A stretch of 64,000 bases of DNA from Eledone cirrhosa (taxonomy: Eukaryota): the NCBI GenBank assembly GCA_964016885.1, contig OZ024745.1, forward strand, positions 88,970,001-89,034,000. Direction: 5' to 3'. A program made the position numbers and the translations under genes. The notes beneath the pieces are model-generated. The model made no database searches. It was not told where the DNA came from and worked only from the letters and a program-made list of their open reading frames with translations. Below, in pieces: positions 35,060 to 48,850 of the stretch. Each line of letters opens with the position of its first letter. Position 1 is the stretch's first letter.

Positions 35060-36605
35060 ATTTTTTTTTTTCGTGTTTAATATTTTATTTCATTTTTTTT
35101 TTTTTTTTAATGTTTCACACTGTCTTTATTGTGTTGTATCAGATGAAAGAATGGTATTTAACTAATGTATTGGTACGCGATGGGGCCCACCCACAGCCCC
35201 GGCGGACATAATGGAGAAGGCGTTTCCTCGGAGGACGGCAAGAGAGACGCGCTGGAAAAGCCACTCCAACTCGCGGGGCTCACACCTGCGGCTGGCCAGC
35301 TCAGCGCCTATGGTGGTGAGTAAGGCGGTACCCCTGGGGCTGAGGACACCAGAAGTTTCCATGGCCAGGGGAACGACCTAAAACCTGTCGGAGAGCGACC
35401 GGTATTTGAGGAGTTTGGCCCCCTCAGCCCGACGTGCAGCAGAACCTTGGTCAGTCGCAGACTGTACCAGGTTGCGGCTGCAGAAAGTCTCGGTGCAAGT
35501 GGCATCCCAGACGAGGAGTTTGCCGCCGCGGAACGGGAAGATGGTCATGCCATCTGGCCTTTTGCCGTCCCCTCGATCCAGCCCCACCGGCTAGAGTTGG
35601 GAAGAGAAGCCTGCAGCGTCTAAGCCATGCTTAATGACCTCGTTGAGGGCAGTATCGCGTGGAATGTGGCCGGCACTGTGGAGACAGGAAAGCGGGTGTA
35701 GTCCGAAAGAGTCCATGGTGGAACCGCAGTGACATTGGTGTGGCTGGCAGATCCGGAGGCCGAGCCTCAGGGAAACGCCGATTCGCAGGCTATGGTTGTT
35801 TAGCTGCGTTCCAGTAGAGTGGAGAACAGAACAGGGAGCCAGGCACCACTGTGGTGTTTGGAGGCCGCACTAAAACAAGCAAGGCGGTGCTGGTCGAGCT
35901 GGCGCGTGAGCCTGTCTGAGGCCAGGCTGCACTGGATGGCATTCCAAGTGCGTTGGGGGGACTTGAGATCAACAGGGAGAGAAGGACGAGGGATGTCTAC
36001 TGGGCTAAGTCCCAGCCGGTCCCACGTCTCACAGGCGGCCTCACGTTCTCTGAACACAGAGGGTTCTGTTGTGTTTTGAAGAACCCTGCTGACGAGGACG
36101 CGGCACGAGGTTTCCGACGAAAGATACGCCGGCAAAGCTAGTGAGATCGGGGACCGGAGGCCTAGGCCGCCATACCAGACCGGTAAAGTGGCCTATTGCC
36201 ACCCTATGTCGTCAAACTTGACGTGGCATATCCCCTCGGCTGCTGTTTGGATACAAGTATCGAGGTCAGCGAGGAGAGCTGTCTGAGTGTAGCATGGAGC
36301 GCTGCGGAGTGTATAGAGGAGCTTCGGCATGGCGAAGCAGTTCCTCAGCAGAAAGAGAGCTTGGTGGCCGTTAATCAAGCCCAGTCGGCTCGTGAGAGTC
36401 TGGAGCTGATAAAGCCTGGACCTGATGGTGGAGCGGATGGCCGGCGGGTGGATCGGTGACCCGAGGATGAGGATATCCTCTTTGGGGGTCACCTGAACCT
36501 GGCGGAGAATGGACTGCACGTCCAAGACGGAGGTTGCAAAGCTCCCAGCATCGAGGCTGACGTTCACCACCTCCGAATTGGCCGAGTTGACCTGGAGGCC
36601 GATTC
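35060..36605 (-). mobile_element. 5'-truncated CRE-like non-LTR retrotransposon (RT C-terminus, Zn knuckle, restriction-like endonuclease) with poly(A) tail
   Basis: IGLQVNSANSEV, PKLLYTLR, CHCG..DSFGLHPLSC, GKRPDG...LVWDATC, QRVSLAVLRGNA. T-runs at 35062-35108; frameshifted. Confidence 0.82.
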
Positions 36606-39029
36606 ATGGAGATAAACTGACCTAAATCCGAATCCATGGCGCAAATTCTATCCCTCTTCCAAGCTATATCACTCAACTAATATTCAAATAATATATCTTT
36701 GGTACAATTTCGTAGCAAATTCAATGTGTTTTCATCACTGCATTCTTTAGAGTATATATTAAACACTCAAATATCCTCTACTTCTTTTAACATTATTATT
36801 GAATATTTTCCTTCCTTCATAATTTCATTATCTAAGAAAAAGTTTTTGCCATGATTTGTTGCGAATAAAAGCACTTTTTTTGTTCACATTTGACAATGTA
36901 AACACTTTTACTTTCGTAAATTAATAGACAGTAAAACAAGAAAAGCAGTATTTCAGTTTCTTGCCTTCTACAAATTTTTGACACTACAAATTTTGAACTT
37001 CTCCAAAATTTGCGCTTCAAATTATATTTTCACTTCAAATTATAGCAACTTTCCAAGGCAAAAAGTGAAATTATTATCTTAACAAAATAAAAGGATTTCT
37101 TGGACAGAATTTGAGAGATTAATATGTATTGTTGTTATAAAATGAATAAACGGATCTAACTTCTTTAAATATTGTTCAAATCCATGAATACTTATTTCAA
37201 ATTATTAACGCATTTACTATCTTTCAGTAATCGTTCAAGTTCATAATTACGAAAGGCAGTTTGTTTACAATACAAAGATTATTCTCACTTTACATTAGCT
37301 TTTCACTTCCCTGCAATTTTGTGTACTACAAATTATATTTCTTTACATTCTACACAGCCTTTACTGTAAAACAAGGAAAATATTGAGATGATACAGGCAA
37401 ATGATGGAAGTCGAATAAAAGAAATAGGAGAAAGTTTAAGACAAAAGCTTGGATAAAAGAACCAGTATCATAGAGCAAGGATGCTATCATAGAGAAAATC
37501 AACGGATACAAAGAGAAACTATGGACGCTAAACTGCGAGATGATTATGTACGATAGCATATAGAAGGAAAAAGTGGGGAAAGTAAGAAAAAGAAAGATGG
37601 ATGGCGAAATAATATATAAACAAAGAATAACGAGCAGAATTTAAAGAAAGGAATCGTGTACGACGAGAAAAAATGTAGAAAGAACAGCTGCTTGGTTTCA
37701 GAAATGTTTATACAAGAAGACAACGCCAGAGACAATTTGTTGCTTCATATCAAAATCAGCAAATTACAATTGCATCATACACTAGAGTAATGGGTGGATC
37801 CTTTCTTCATTGTGACGCTTTGTAGAAGGTAGTGCATGAAAAGCAGCCAGGGTTCCGTAACATAGTGTAAATACAGAAATAAATTTACACACACGAAAAC
37901 AGCAGCCAGCCTTTCGTGCGCCACCCTGTAGTTGAAACATGAGCCTCTGAAATGTTGCCATAATGGTAAAGTGCAACATCCTCCTCTGCAATCTCCGGCT
38001 CTACTTTTTAATGTAAATAATTAGAAAGTTAATATTTCAGGGAAAATATCTGAAATTTTAATTGCGCAGTTTCCTTTTCTTTCATGCGTGCAAACATTGA
38101 ATACACACGAATGAAAGAAAGCTTATTGTTGTAGAAGAATTCAAAGACAGACATATTCTAGTTCTATTTTGTATCAGGATATTATCATTCAGCACATGAA
38201 AACTTCACATTATTGATGCTAATGAAATTTTACAGAACCTAATAAAATAAATTATCATTTTCATCATCTCATATGCTGAATTATATATAAGTGCGAGACC
38301 ATTTTGCTAGTTTGAGAATTGATGAGGATGAAGATGTGTGTACTTCTCTTAAACATCGCTTTTCTTCATTTCCTCTTCTGGTTAATTCTGTGCCAACACA
38401 CTACTAAGTGCCCTCCTCTTCTTTCAATCTTTTCTATACTTCATCTGTCATCCACCTTGTGGATTGTCTCTCAGTTGACAAGTGGCCGCAGGTCCCTGAG
38501 GAATTTTAGCTGTTTTAACCGCTGTTCTAGTGATGATTTTTCTGATTTTCATATGTATGAAAAGATTATATCTTGGCAGAGTTGCAGGAACAGGCACCAA
38601 CACTCAAAGAAAATACAGTTCGCCATAAATATGAACTTTATTATAAAAGATGCTCTCATATCAGCAAATGAAATATTCTCCGTGTATAATTATTTAAATG
38701 GCGCACGCCCACAGCATTCTACACAATAGGCAATTGATAGTGTATTATAGAAATACTCTCCAGCGAGGATCTCACATTTATCTTGCCAGTTTAACTCCAT
38801 GTGTTAACCTTTGCCAATGAACTATTGGTACGCAACATATTGAAAAACGACAAATCTTTGTTCGAAACAAACTGATGCTACTGCAATTCTACTGACGTAT
38901 TGCATATAGCGGTGGCTTTAGTCTATATTACTGAACAGGAAAGAAGTTTAGCACCAGTTAGTTGACACATACTTCTAGGCTGTTATGGACTGTTAAATCT
39001 TTGTAAGAAACGAACAATCTCTAGTGCGA

Positions 39030-39170
39030 TTGAAAACAGTGTTGGCTACCCGTAGGTGTAAGCCTCGCGAGCTGGAATGTCTCTTCCAGCACGTCACCCT
39101 CACCATCCTCCATGAAAGCGAATTCTCTCTTCTGTCCACCGGGGCCGAGGGACAACTAGCGCGTGTACCG
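39030..39170 (+). mobile_element. Short degenerate 3' fragment of a CRE-like element
   Basis: RRCKPRELECLFQHVTL is similar to the end of the 35162-35362 ORF. Confidence 0.55.
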
Positions 39171-39583
39171 TCATTTGCTTATAATAGTGAGAGGTGGGGA
39201 ATGCGAGAGAGACGGGTGCATTAACAATACCAACCTTGGTGAAGTAGTGTGTTGAGTTAAAGGTTAAGTGATAAATAAACACCTTATTTCATTATTACTC
39301 AAGAATAAATCGCCTTCCTTAGTTTAACTGATTATTAAGCTATTTCAGTATTATTTATTGTAAAGTACAATAGATTGACCACTCACCTTACAACTAGGGA
39401 AAATCACAGTTTATACTGTTAATAACACTATCAGTTATTTTCAATAATCTCAATCGGTTCTCTAGATTATTATTGTAAACATCTTTAACTTTATAAAATA
39501 ATATTCTGAATATATATATATATATATATATATATGTGCGTGTGTGTGTGTGTATGTGTGTGTGTGTGTATATATGAATATAA

Positions 39584-42577
<2,994 letters not shown>

Positions 42578-42593
42578 TATATATATATATATA

Positions 42594-42920
42594 TAACGAA
42601 GGAAATGTGGTAAGGAACCAGGTGGACCATAACGCACCAAAGTACTCAATATTTAGGGTAGTAGAGTGGGTAATAGGAACGAGTAGGACCCTGACGGCTG
42701 AGCTCAAGCCGTTTCGACGGCTAATTCTGGACTAAATGATAACGAAGGAAATGTGATAAGGAACCAGATGGACCATAACGCACCGAGACCAGAATTAGCC
42801 GTCGAAACGGCTTGAGCTCAGCCGCCGGGGTCCTACTCGTTCCTATTACCCACTCTACTAAGTATTGGGTACTTTGGTGCGTTATGGTCCACCTGGTTCC
42901 TTACCACATTTCCCTCGTTA
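42594..42920. repeat. Fold-back of the pLTR of the 26964-29600 PLE family
   Basis: Matches ~26962-27105 with a partial restart at ~42740, then the reverse complement at ~42789-42920. Contains only the 3' half of the HHR. Confidence 0.8.
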
Positions 42921-43017
42921 TATATATATATATATATATATATAGGTTGAACAGGGAACAAAAAATACATATATATATATATGGAATATTTACTTTAGAA
43001 TTTTAACTCCGCGAAAG

Positions 43018-43091
43018 CACTACAATACATATTTCGATAGCCCAGCTCTATCATCCAATTATGATGCACGACTAGGTGATTTCATCAGGTG
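43018..43091 (-). ncRNA. Degenerate type-I HHR
   Basis: CAC-CTGATGA-AATCACCTAG...CTGGGCTATC-GAAA-TATGTATTG-TA-GTG. Confidence 0.55.
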
Positions 43092-43258
43092 TTATTGGAA
43101 TAATTATATAACAGCATTACATTGCACCCAAATATAGAATGGCAGATAGGAGATATAGAAAAATAGTAGAAGATAGAAAATAGAAAACTCGGTTCGGAGC
43201 CTACTAATATGGTGTTAATTTGATACCAGATGTTCCCCAAATATACATACATAAATAC

Positions 43259-43335
<77 letters not shown>

Positions 43336-43566
43336 GAAACACACAGATACATGCGGACACACACATATATACATGAATGCATCCGCACCCAACTGTGAGT
43401 TAAGGGTGCCTACTTCACCGATGTTGCTCAATGAATGACTGGGACAGACCAATTCAGTTTGAACCAGACTGAACCAGTATCAGAGTTAAAAATACATTAT
43501 GAAGAGAGAAGAAACATTTAGATATAATTAGTAATAAAATGTATCATACCTAAACTGTTCCTAAAT

Positions 43567-43654
43567 TCCTCGACTACGTAGTTTCGTGGCATAAAAAAAA
43601 ACAATATATCAAAGATATAGAGTCCTTGCGAGGTCTGCCGACTTATCAAGAGGA
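43567..43654 (-). ncRNA. Type-I HHR, U3-A8 variant (family B)
   Basis: TCCTC-TTGATAA-GTCGGCA...TGCCAC-GAAA-CTACGTAG-TC-GAGGA. Confidence 0.85.
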
Positions 43655-44157
43655 TACCTCATTTTACTAGTCTCAAGAACGCGTCTACACGACGTGAGAA
43701 AGGATCCCAAAAGGCGGAGGGGGAGATAGTCACGCGATATAACGGTCGAGAAACAGAGTTAAGCCTCTTATAACCACGAAGAAAATACCACGGAGGCGGA
43801 GGGGGTATTCATATCGAGGCCGCAGAAGAGGTAGTGAAGAAGGCGAGAAGTATGAGTAATGGAAGCTTTCCAGTTGTCCCCACACTTCAAAGATTGCTCG
43901 ACCAGAGGGAGTTATTAATATATTTAGAAACACACAGATACATGCGGACACACACATATATACATGAATGCATCCGCACCCAACTGTGAGTTAAGGGTGC
44001 CTACTTCACCGATGTTGCTCAATGAATGACTGGGACAGACCAATTCAGTTTGAACCAGACTGAACCAGTATCAGAGTTAAAAATACATTATGAAGAGAGA
44101 AGAAACATTTAGATATAATTAGTAATAAAATGTATCATACCTAAACTGTTCCTAAAT

Positions 44158-44245
44158 TCCTCGACTACGTAGTTTCGTGGCATAAACAAAAACAATATAT
44201 CAAAGATATAGAGTCCTTGCGAGGTCTGCCGACTTATCAAGAGGA
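44158..44245 (-). ncRNA. Type-I HHR, U3-A8 variant (family B, unit 2)
   Basis: Same as 43567-43654. Confidence 0.85.
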
Positions 44246-44684
44246 TACCTCATTTTACTAGTCTCAAGAACGCGTCTACACGACGTGAGAAAGGATCCTT
44301 CATTGAGGATCATTCATTGAGCAACATCGGTGAAGTAGGCACCCTTAACTCACAGTTGGGTGCGGATGCATTCATGTATATATGTGTGTGTCCGCATGTA
44401 TCTGTGTGTTTCTAAATATATTAATAACTCCCTCTGGTCGAGCAATCTTTGAAGTGTGGGGACAACTGGAAAGCTTCCATTACTCATACTTCTCGCCTTC
44501 TTCACTACCTCTTCTGCGGCCTCGATATGAATACCCCCTCCGCCTCCGTGGTATTTTCTTCGTGGTTATAAGAGGCTTAGCTCTGTTTCTCGACCGTTAT
44601 ATCGCGTGACTATCTCCCCCTCCGCCTTTTGGGATCCTTTCTCACGTCGTGTAGACGCGTTCTTGAGACTAGTAAAATGAGGTA

Positions 44685-44772
44685 TCCTCTTGATAAGTCG
44701 GCAGACCTCGCAAGGACTCTATATCTTTGATATATTGTTTTTGTTTATGCCACGAAACTACGTAGTCGAGGA
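44685..44772 (+). ncRNA. Type-I HHR, U3-A8 variant (family B, inverted unit)
   Basis: TCCTC(44685)-TTGATAA-...-GAAA(44754)-CTACGTAG-TC-GAGGA(44772). Confidence 0.85.
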
Positions 44773-44967
44773 ATTTAGGAACAGTTTAGGTATGATACAT
44801 TTTATTACTAATTATATCTAAATGTTTCTTCTCTCTTCATAATGTATATATATATATATATATATATATAAAGGAGAGGTATAGAGATTGTTTTAGCAAG
44901 AAGCTAACGGCATTCTATAACGTATATCTTAATTTTGGATATAGATATATATATATATATATATATA

Positions 44968-45768
44968 TCCAAAATTAAGATAAATTAAATGAATTCAATC
45001 CAAATCAAAATTATGGGTGTCATGCCATAACGGCGTGCGCCATATCGCCCGGAAAATAAGCTCAAAGATTCTATCGAGTAGGTCCGAGCATTTTATAATA
45101 TCTAGAAATTGATTAACATATATATAAACATGAATAATCACAGGAGATAATTTTTACAAGCGTGTAAGCACGCATAGCTAGGTAGGTAACAAATAAAACT
45201 TCAAAAATACATACCTTTTAATATGATTAATCTTCCCTGTATATATTCCATTAATGGAATATATATGCCGTTATGGCATGACACCCATAATTTTGATTTG
45301 GATTGAATTCATTTAATTTATCTTAATTTTGGATATAGATATATAAATACAGCTCCTTAATTGTAGAGCTAACTCTGTTGAAAGGAATCGACTGTTGTTT
45401 CTAGCTGTCGAATACCTATTCACGCCACTGAGACGAAGCCGCTGTGGTGTGTAAACACAACACGCGGTCGCGGCCAGTTGCAGATTTGAACTCGCTGTGT
45501 AAGCATGGATTGCTGAAATTGTTCTTCCTTGTTGATAATCCAAAAATATCCACTTCCGTGACTTACCATCTGATTAATTGGTGAAATATATTTCTTATAT
45601 GGAATATATACAGGGAAGATTAATCATATTAAAAGGTATGTATTTTTGAAGTTCTAGTCAACTTTATTTGTTCCATACCTAGCTATGCGTGGTTACACAC
45701 TTGTAAAAATTATCTCCTGTGATTATTCATGTTTATATATATGTTAATCAAGATCTAGTTATTATCAT
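44968..45768. mobile_element. Non-coding HHR-bearing element with an inverted, permuted left arm
   Basis: 44968-45035 mirrors ~45266-45335 and ~45110-45250 mirrors ~45599-45750; (TA)n flanks. Confidence 0.7.
45523..45619 (+). ncRNA. Type-I HHR, U3-A8 variant with full-length stem III
   Basis: TCTTCCTTG-TTGATAA-T-CCAA...TTGG-T-GAAA-TATATTTC-ttatat-GGAATATA-TA-CAGGGAAGA: 9-bp stem I, 8-bp stem III. Confidence 0.8.
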
Positions 45769-45932
45769 ATATATATATATATACAGTAGTTTCTGTAGTG
45801 TTGTAATATGAATATTACACACAGTAGATGGACAGCTCACGTAGAGTTTGCTCGACGGTTCCAGTTGTAGTTTCAAAAGTAATCCGGAGAAAATTGAAGG
45901 ATTTAAATGGATACAGTTCAGTTAAAAGGAAT

Positions 45933-46053
45933 TTATTGACACGTGTTTCAATAACAGTTACATAACCTGAAAACAGCTGCTATCTACAAAGTATTAGTTA
46001 TGCAGACATTCAATATTTCAATGTTATTATCAACTGTCATTTCATCAGAATAA
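45933..46053 (-). ncRNA. Type-I HHR in the inverted pLTR of the 48890-52436 PLE
   Basis: Reverse complement of 52278-52398. Confidence 0.82.
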
Positions 46054-46843
46054 TTTTATAGAGAACCTGTTTGGTTTTCATAGAGAATATTAGGAGGGGG
46101 GGTGAAGTTGTTAGAAGAATAGTTAAGGGCGTGGTTTTTTGATAGCAGTGAGAATTCTTGGTGGCAGTGAGTAATTAGATTCCCATCTGTTGTTTTGACA
46201 TTTTTATAGAATATATTATTTGGCGTTGGTTATTTTTTCTAAATCTATAGAAGGATTAGAGATAGTATAGATATGCATGGTTGGTTTTGTGTTTGCACTT
46301 AATTAACATTCAGACTTAAATTTTTCTTTCAAGTGTACGTATCCTTTCGCTCACGCATTCACACACAAATATATATGCACACCTCTACAAAATACATATA
46401 CTCACATACACATACTTACATGCCCATACCTACATACATATATACTTGCACATATATATATATACATATATATACATATATATATGTACATACATACGTA
46501 TTCATGTGTATACATTTTCATACTCAACTTATCTTTATATACACACGTATAGACACACATATATACATTCATACTCCTGTCTATGTGTGTATATATATAT
46601 ATATATAAGTATGCATGTATACGTACATACATATATGTATACAGACGTACAGTAGCATGCACATATATATATATATATACATATATACATACATATGCAT
46701 ACAGGTACACATACATATATGCACGTATCAGTTTAGCGGCGCTAACGTCGCTTTGTTCGTTTGTAAACAAACTGAACAGCCTGAATTTATGCCATACGGT
46801 GTTAAGGCAACCACGTCACCTTTTTGTTCAACACTGACACAGG

Positions 46844-46888
46844 AACGATGTACTAGTTTCAAGCTTGTTAGCTATCATCAGCACCGTT
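46844..46888 (-). ncRNA. Minimal HHR (family A)
   Basis: Reverse complement of 11251-11295. Confidence 0.9.
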
Positions 46889-47309
46889 TACCCATCTGCC
46901 AGATAGTTGAACGTTCGAAAGTATATACTTTCCTTATGAAAATTAACGGCTGAGCAGCCTAATTTGCATATTGAGTGAGTTAAATCGGTCAGGCATACCG
47001 AAAACGATAAATTGAAACAAAATGAAAACGAAATTTCATTTCTCACTCTTAGTATGGCACTTACTTAAATGTAAGTATGCATGTATACGTACATACATAT
47101 ATGTATACAGACGTACAGTAGCATGCACATATATATATATATATACATATATACATACATATGCATACAGGTACACATACATATGTGCACGTATCAGTTT
47201 AGCGGCGCTAACGTCGCTTTGTTCGTTTGTAAACAAACTGAACAGCCTGAATTTATGCCATACGGTGTTAAGGCAACCACGTCACCTTTTTGTTCAACAC
47301 TGACACAGG

Positions 47310-47354
47310 AACGATGTACTAGTTTCAAGCTTGTTAGCTATCATCAGCACCGTT
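47310..47354 (-). ncRNA. Minimal HHR (family A)
   Basis: Reverse complement of 11251-11295. Confidence 0.9.
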
Positions 47355-47775
47355 TACCCATCTGCCAGATAGTTGAACGTTCGAAAGTATATACTTTCCT
47401 TATGAAAATTAACGGCTGAGCAGCCTAATTTGCATATTGAGTGAGTTAAATCGGTCAGGCATACCGAAAACGATAAATTGAAACAAAATGAAAACGAAAT
47501 TTCATTTCTCACTCTTAGTATGGCACTTACTTAAATGTAAATATGCATGTATACGTACATACATATATGTATACAGACGTACAGTAGCATGCACATATAT
47601 ATATATATATACATATATACATACATATGCATACAGGTACACATACATATATGCACGTATCAGTTTAGCGGCGCTAACGTCGCTTTGTTCGTTTGTAAAC
47701 AAACTGAACAGCCTGAATTTATGCCATACGGTGTTAAGGCAACCACGTCACCTTTTTGTTCAACACTGACACAGG

Positions 47776-47820
47776 AACGATGTGCTAGTTTCAAGCTTGT
47801 TAGCTATCATCAGCACCGTT
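47776..47820 (-). ncRNA. Minimal HHR (family A), cleavage triplet mutated GTA>GCA
   Basis: Plus strand reads TGTGCTAG instead of TGTACTAG (position 47784). Confidence 0.8.
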
Positions 47821-48065
47821 TACCCATCTGCCAGATAGTTGAACGTTCGAAAGTATATACTTTCCTTATGAAAATTAACGGCTGAGCAGCCTAATTTGCA
47901 TATTGAGTGAGTTAAATCGGTCAGGCATACCGAAAACGATAAATTGAAACAAAATGAAAACGAAATTTCATTTCTCACTCTTAGTATGGCACTTACTTAA
48001 ATGTAAGTATGCATGTATACGTACATACATATATGTATACAGACGTACAGTAGCATGCACATATG

Positions 48066-48208
48066 CCAGTGTATTACTGGTACTTTATTTTATCGACCCC
48101 GTAAGGATGAAAGGCAAAGTTAACCTCGGCAGGATTTGAACTCAGACCGTAAAGGGACGTAACTATGCTCGAAAGATGGCGTCCGACCCTCTACCAATAC
48201 TGCCAATC
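48066..48208 (-). mobile_element. tRNA-derived SINE
   Basis: Reverse complement of the 25100 SINE. Confidence 0.8.
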
Positions 48209-48211
48209 ATA

Positions 48212-48850
48212 CATATATATGTTGAGAAGAGATTGTTTTTATATTTTTCTAACTAGATTGAGGTTTATATAGTTGGGGGGATGTCCCTCTTTTATGTAAT
48301 ATTCAGCTTGTAGTGGGAAAAAAAGGGTTTTAGTTCGGTGACGGCAGAATAATGTTCGTTCAATTCTGTTATTAAGCAATTTCTTCTTGTGTGTGATTAT
48401 GTAATAAATCTCAAGATTACACAATTTGCAGAAATTTTGGCTCCTGGTAAAGCTTTGGGTTTTAGCTAATTTCTCCCATTTTAGGGTAAACTTTTGATCG
48501 CTATCCCTGAGCGTCCAAGCTTTTTCTGCTAAAATTGTTACATTTCTTTGGCTCTGGTGTTTTATTGAGTAAGAATGCCTATATAATCGAGATTTAAACG
48601 ATGTTGCCGTTGATCCCATGTAATACCACTCGTTGTCTCCGGATTTAATGGTACACTTATAAATGATATTTTTTTCCAGGCAGTTATTGCCGAGGGGGCA
48701 GTTGTCAGGATAGGTGCAGTTACAGTTGTGTAAGTTGGTTTTATTCTGGAGTAGTATTGCGGACGAACTTAGGTGTGGTTTATTTATGTTCTGCAGTGTA
48801 TTGTCTACTGTTTTTTTTGTGTTCTTTGGTGTTTTTAAGGTCGTCCAGTA
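48212..48850 (-). mobile_element. Inverted 3' (GIY-YIG) copy of the adjacent PLE
   Basis: NIIYKC...YYMGSTATSFKSRLYRH; mirrors ~50570-51188. Confidence 0.88.

Larger units (their letters stand above)
43331..44846. mobile_element. Retrozyme-like non-coding repeat, family B (591-bp unit): 1.6 units on minus plus an inverted ~0.9 unit on plus
   Basis: Period 591 (43331 and 43922); inversion with filler at 44299-44310; one HHR per unit; (TA)n on both sides. Confidence 0.85.
46607..48064 (-). mobile_element. Retrozyme-like family A array (466-bp unit, ~3.1 units)
   Basis: Near-identical to the 472-bp unit apart from a 6-bp deletion. HHRs at 46844-46888, 47310-47354 and 47776-47820. Confidence 0.88.

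Noticed and set aside
37740-38730. Possible host exons (ORFs at 37782 and 38319)
   Set aside because: No recognisable motifs or supported splice structure; cannot be excluded without RNA-seq.
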